NCBI RefSeq assembly: GCF_018350175.1
Contig: NC_058383.1
Span: 12,836,001-12,900,000, forward strand
Length of the DNA stretch: 64,000 nucleotides
Direction: 5' to 3'
DNA from: Felis catus
Taxonomy: Eukaryota
In this document: piece by piece, positions 63,815 through 64,000 of the stretch
Layout: each line of letters opens with the position of its first letter
How positions within the stretch are numbered: the first letter of the stretch is position 1
The notes under the pieces: generated by a model
The model's database searches: none
What the model was told of the DNA's origin: nothing
What the model saw: the letters and a program-made list of their open reading frames with translations, nothing else
Program-made: the position numbers and the translations under genes

Positions 63815-64000
63815 GTTTTTCTTTTTTGCTTATTTTTTGAGTAGGTAATACAGTCATATGATTCAAAGATCAAAACCATATAAAAATTTTATAGAGAGAT
63901 GTCTCATTCCCATCCCTGGACCCATATGCCCTATTCTTCAGCTTCCCATAACTATTTTATTGGTTTCTTATGTATCCTCCATAATTTCTGAAAGCAAATA
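63815..64000 (-). mobile_element. Old L1 (L1MC/ME-like) 3' end, continuing beyond the window
   Basis: tttgagtaggtaatacagtcatatgattcaaa..gtctcattcccatccct..ttggtttcttatgtatcctcca. Confidence 0.5.

Noticed and set aside
1..64000. CRISPR array, operon or prokaryotic/viral defence system
   Set aside because: DNA is mammalian; recurring ~200-bp units are dispersed SINEs with individual TSDs, not regularly spaced repeats, and there are no gene-sized ORFs.

Overview
Mammalian genomic DNA, almost certainly from a felid (cat family): it carries about 25 tRNA-derived CanSINEs of the feliform SINEC_Fc type and carnivore L1 3' ends on a background of ancient eutherian repeats (MIR, L2, L3/CR1, MLT1 MaLR LTRs, hAT-Charlie MER5/MER20/MER58, MER45A, Tigger2). 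No supportable protein-coding gene is present; the ORF track is explained by SINE, L1, microsatellite or chance ORFs. The window most plausibly lies in a long intron of a gene transcribed on the + strand (19 of 25 SINEs are antisense; the + strand looks T/G-rich), but I cannot identify the host gene. I see no evidence for a new biological system. The most unusual observations are an exact 35-bp copy of nearby unique DNA written into a SINE (57439-57473 = 59027-59061), a nested SINE dimer, a SINE with a double poly(A) tail, inverted SINE and L1 pairs, two candidate small exons and repeat-free homeodomain-motif clusters. Repeat subfamily names come from my recollection of consensus sequences, not from a search; boundaries of old repeats are approximate.
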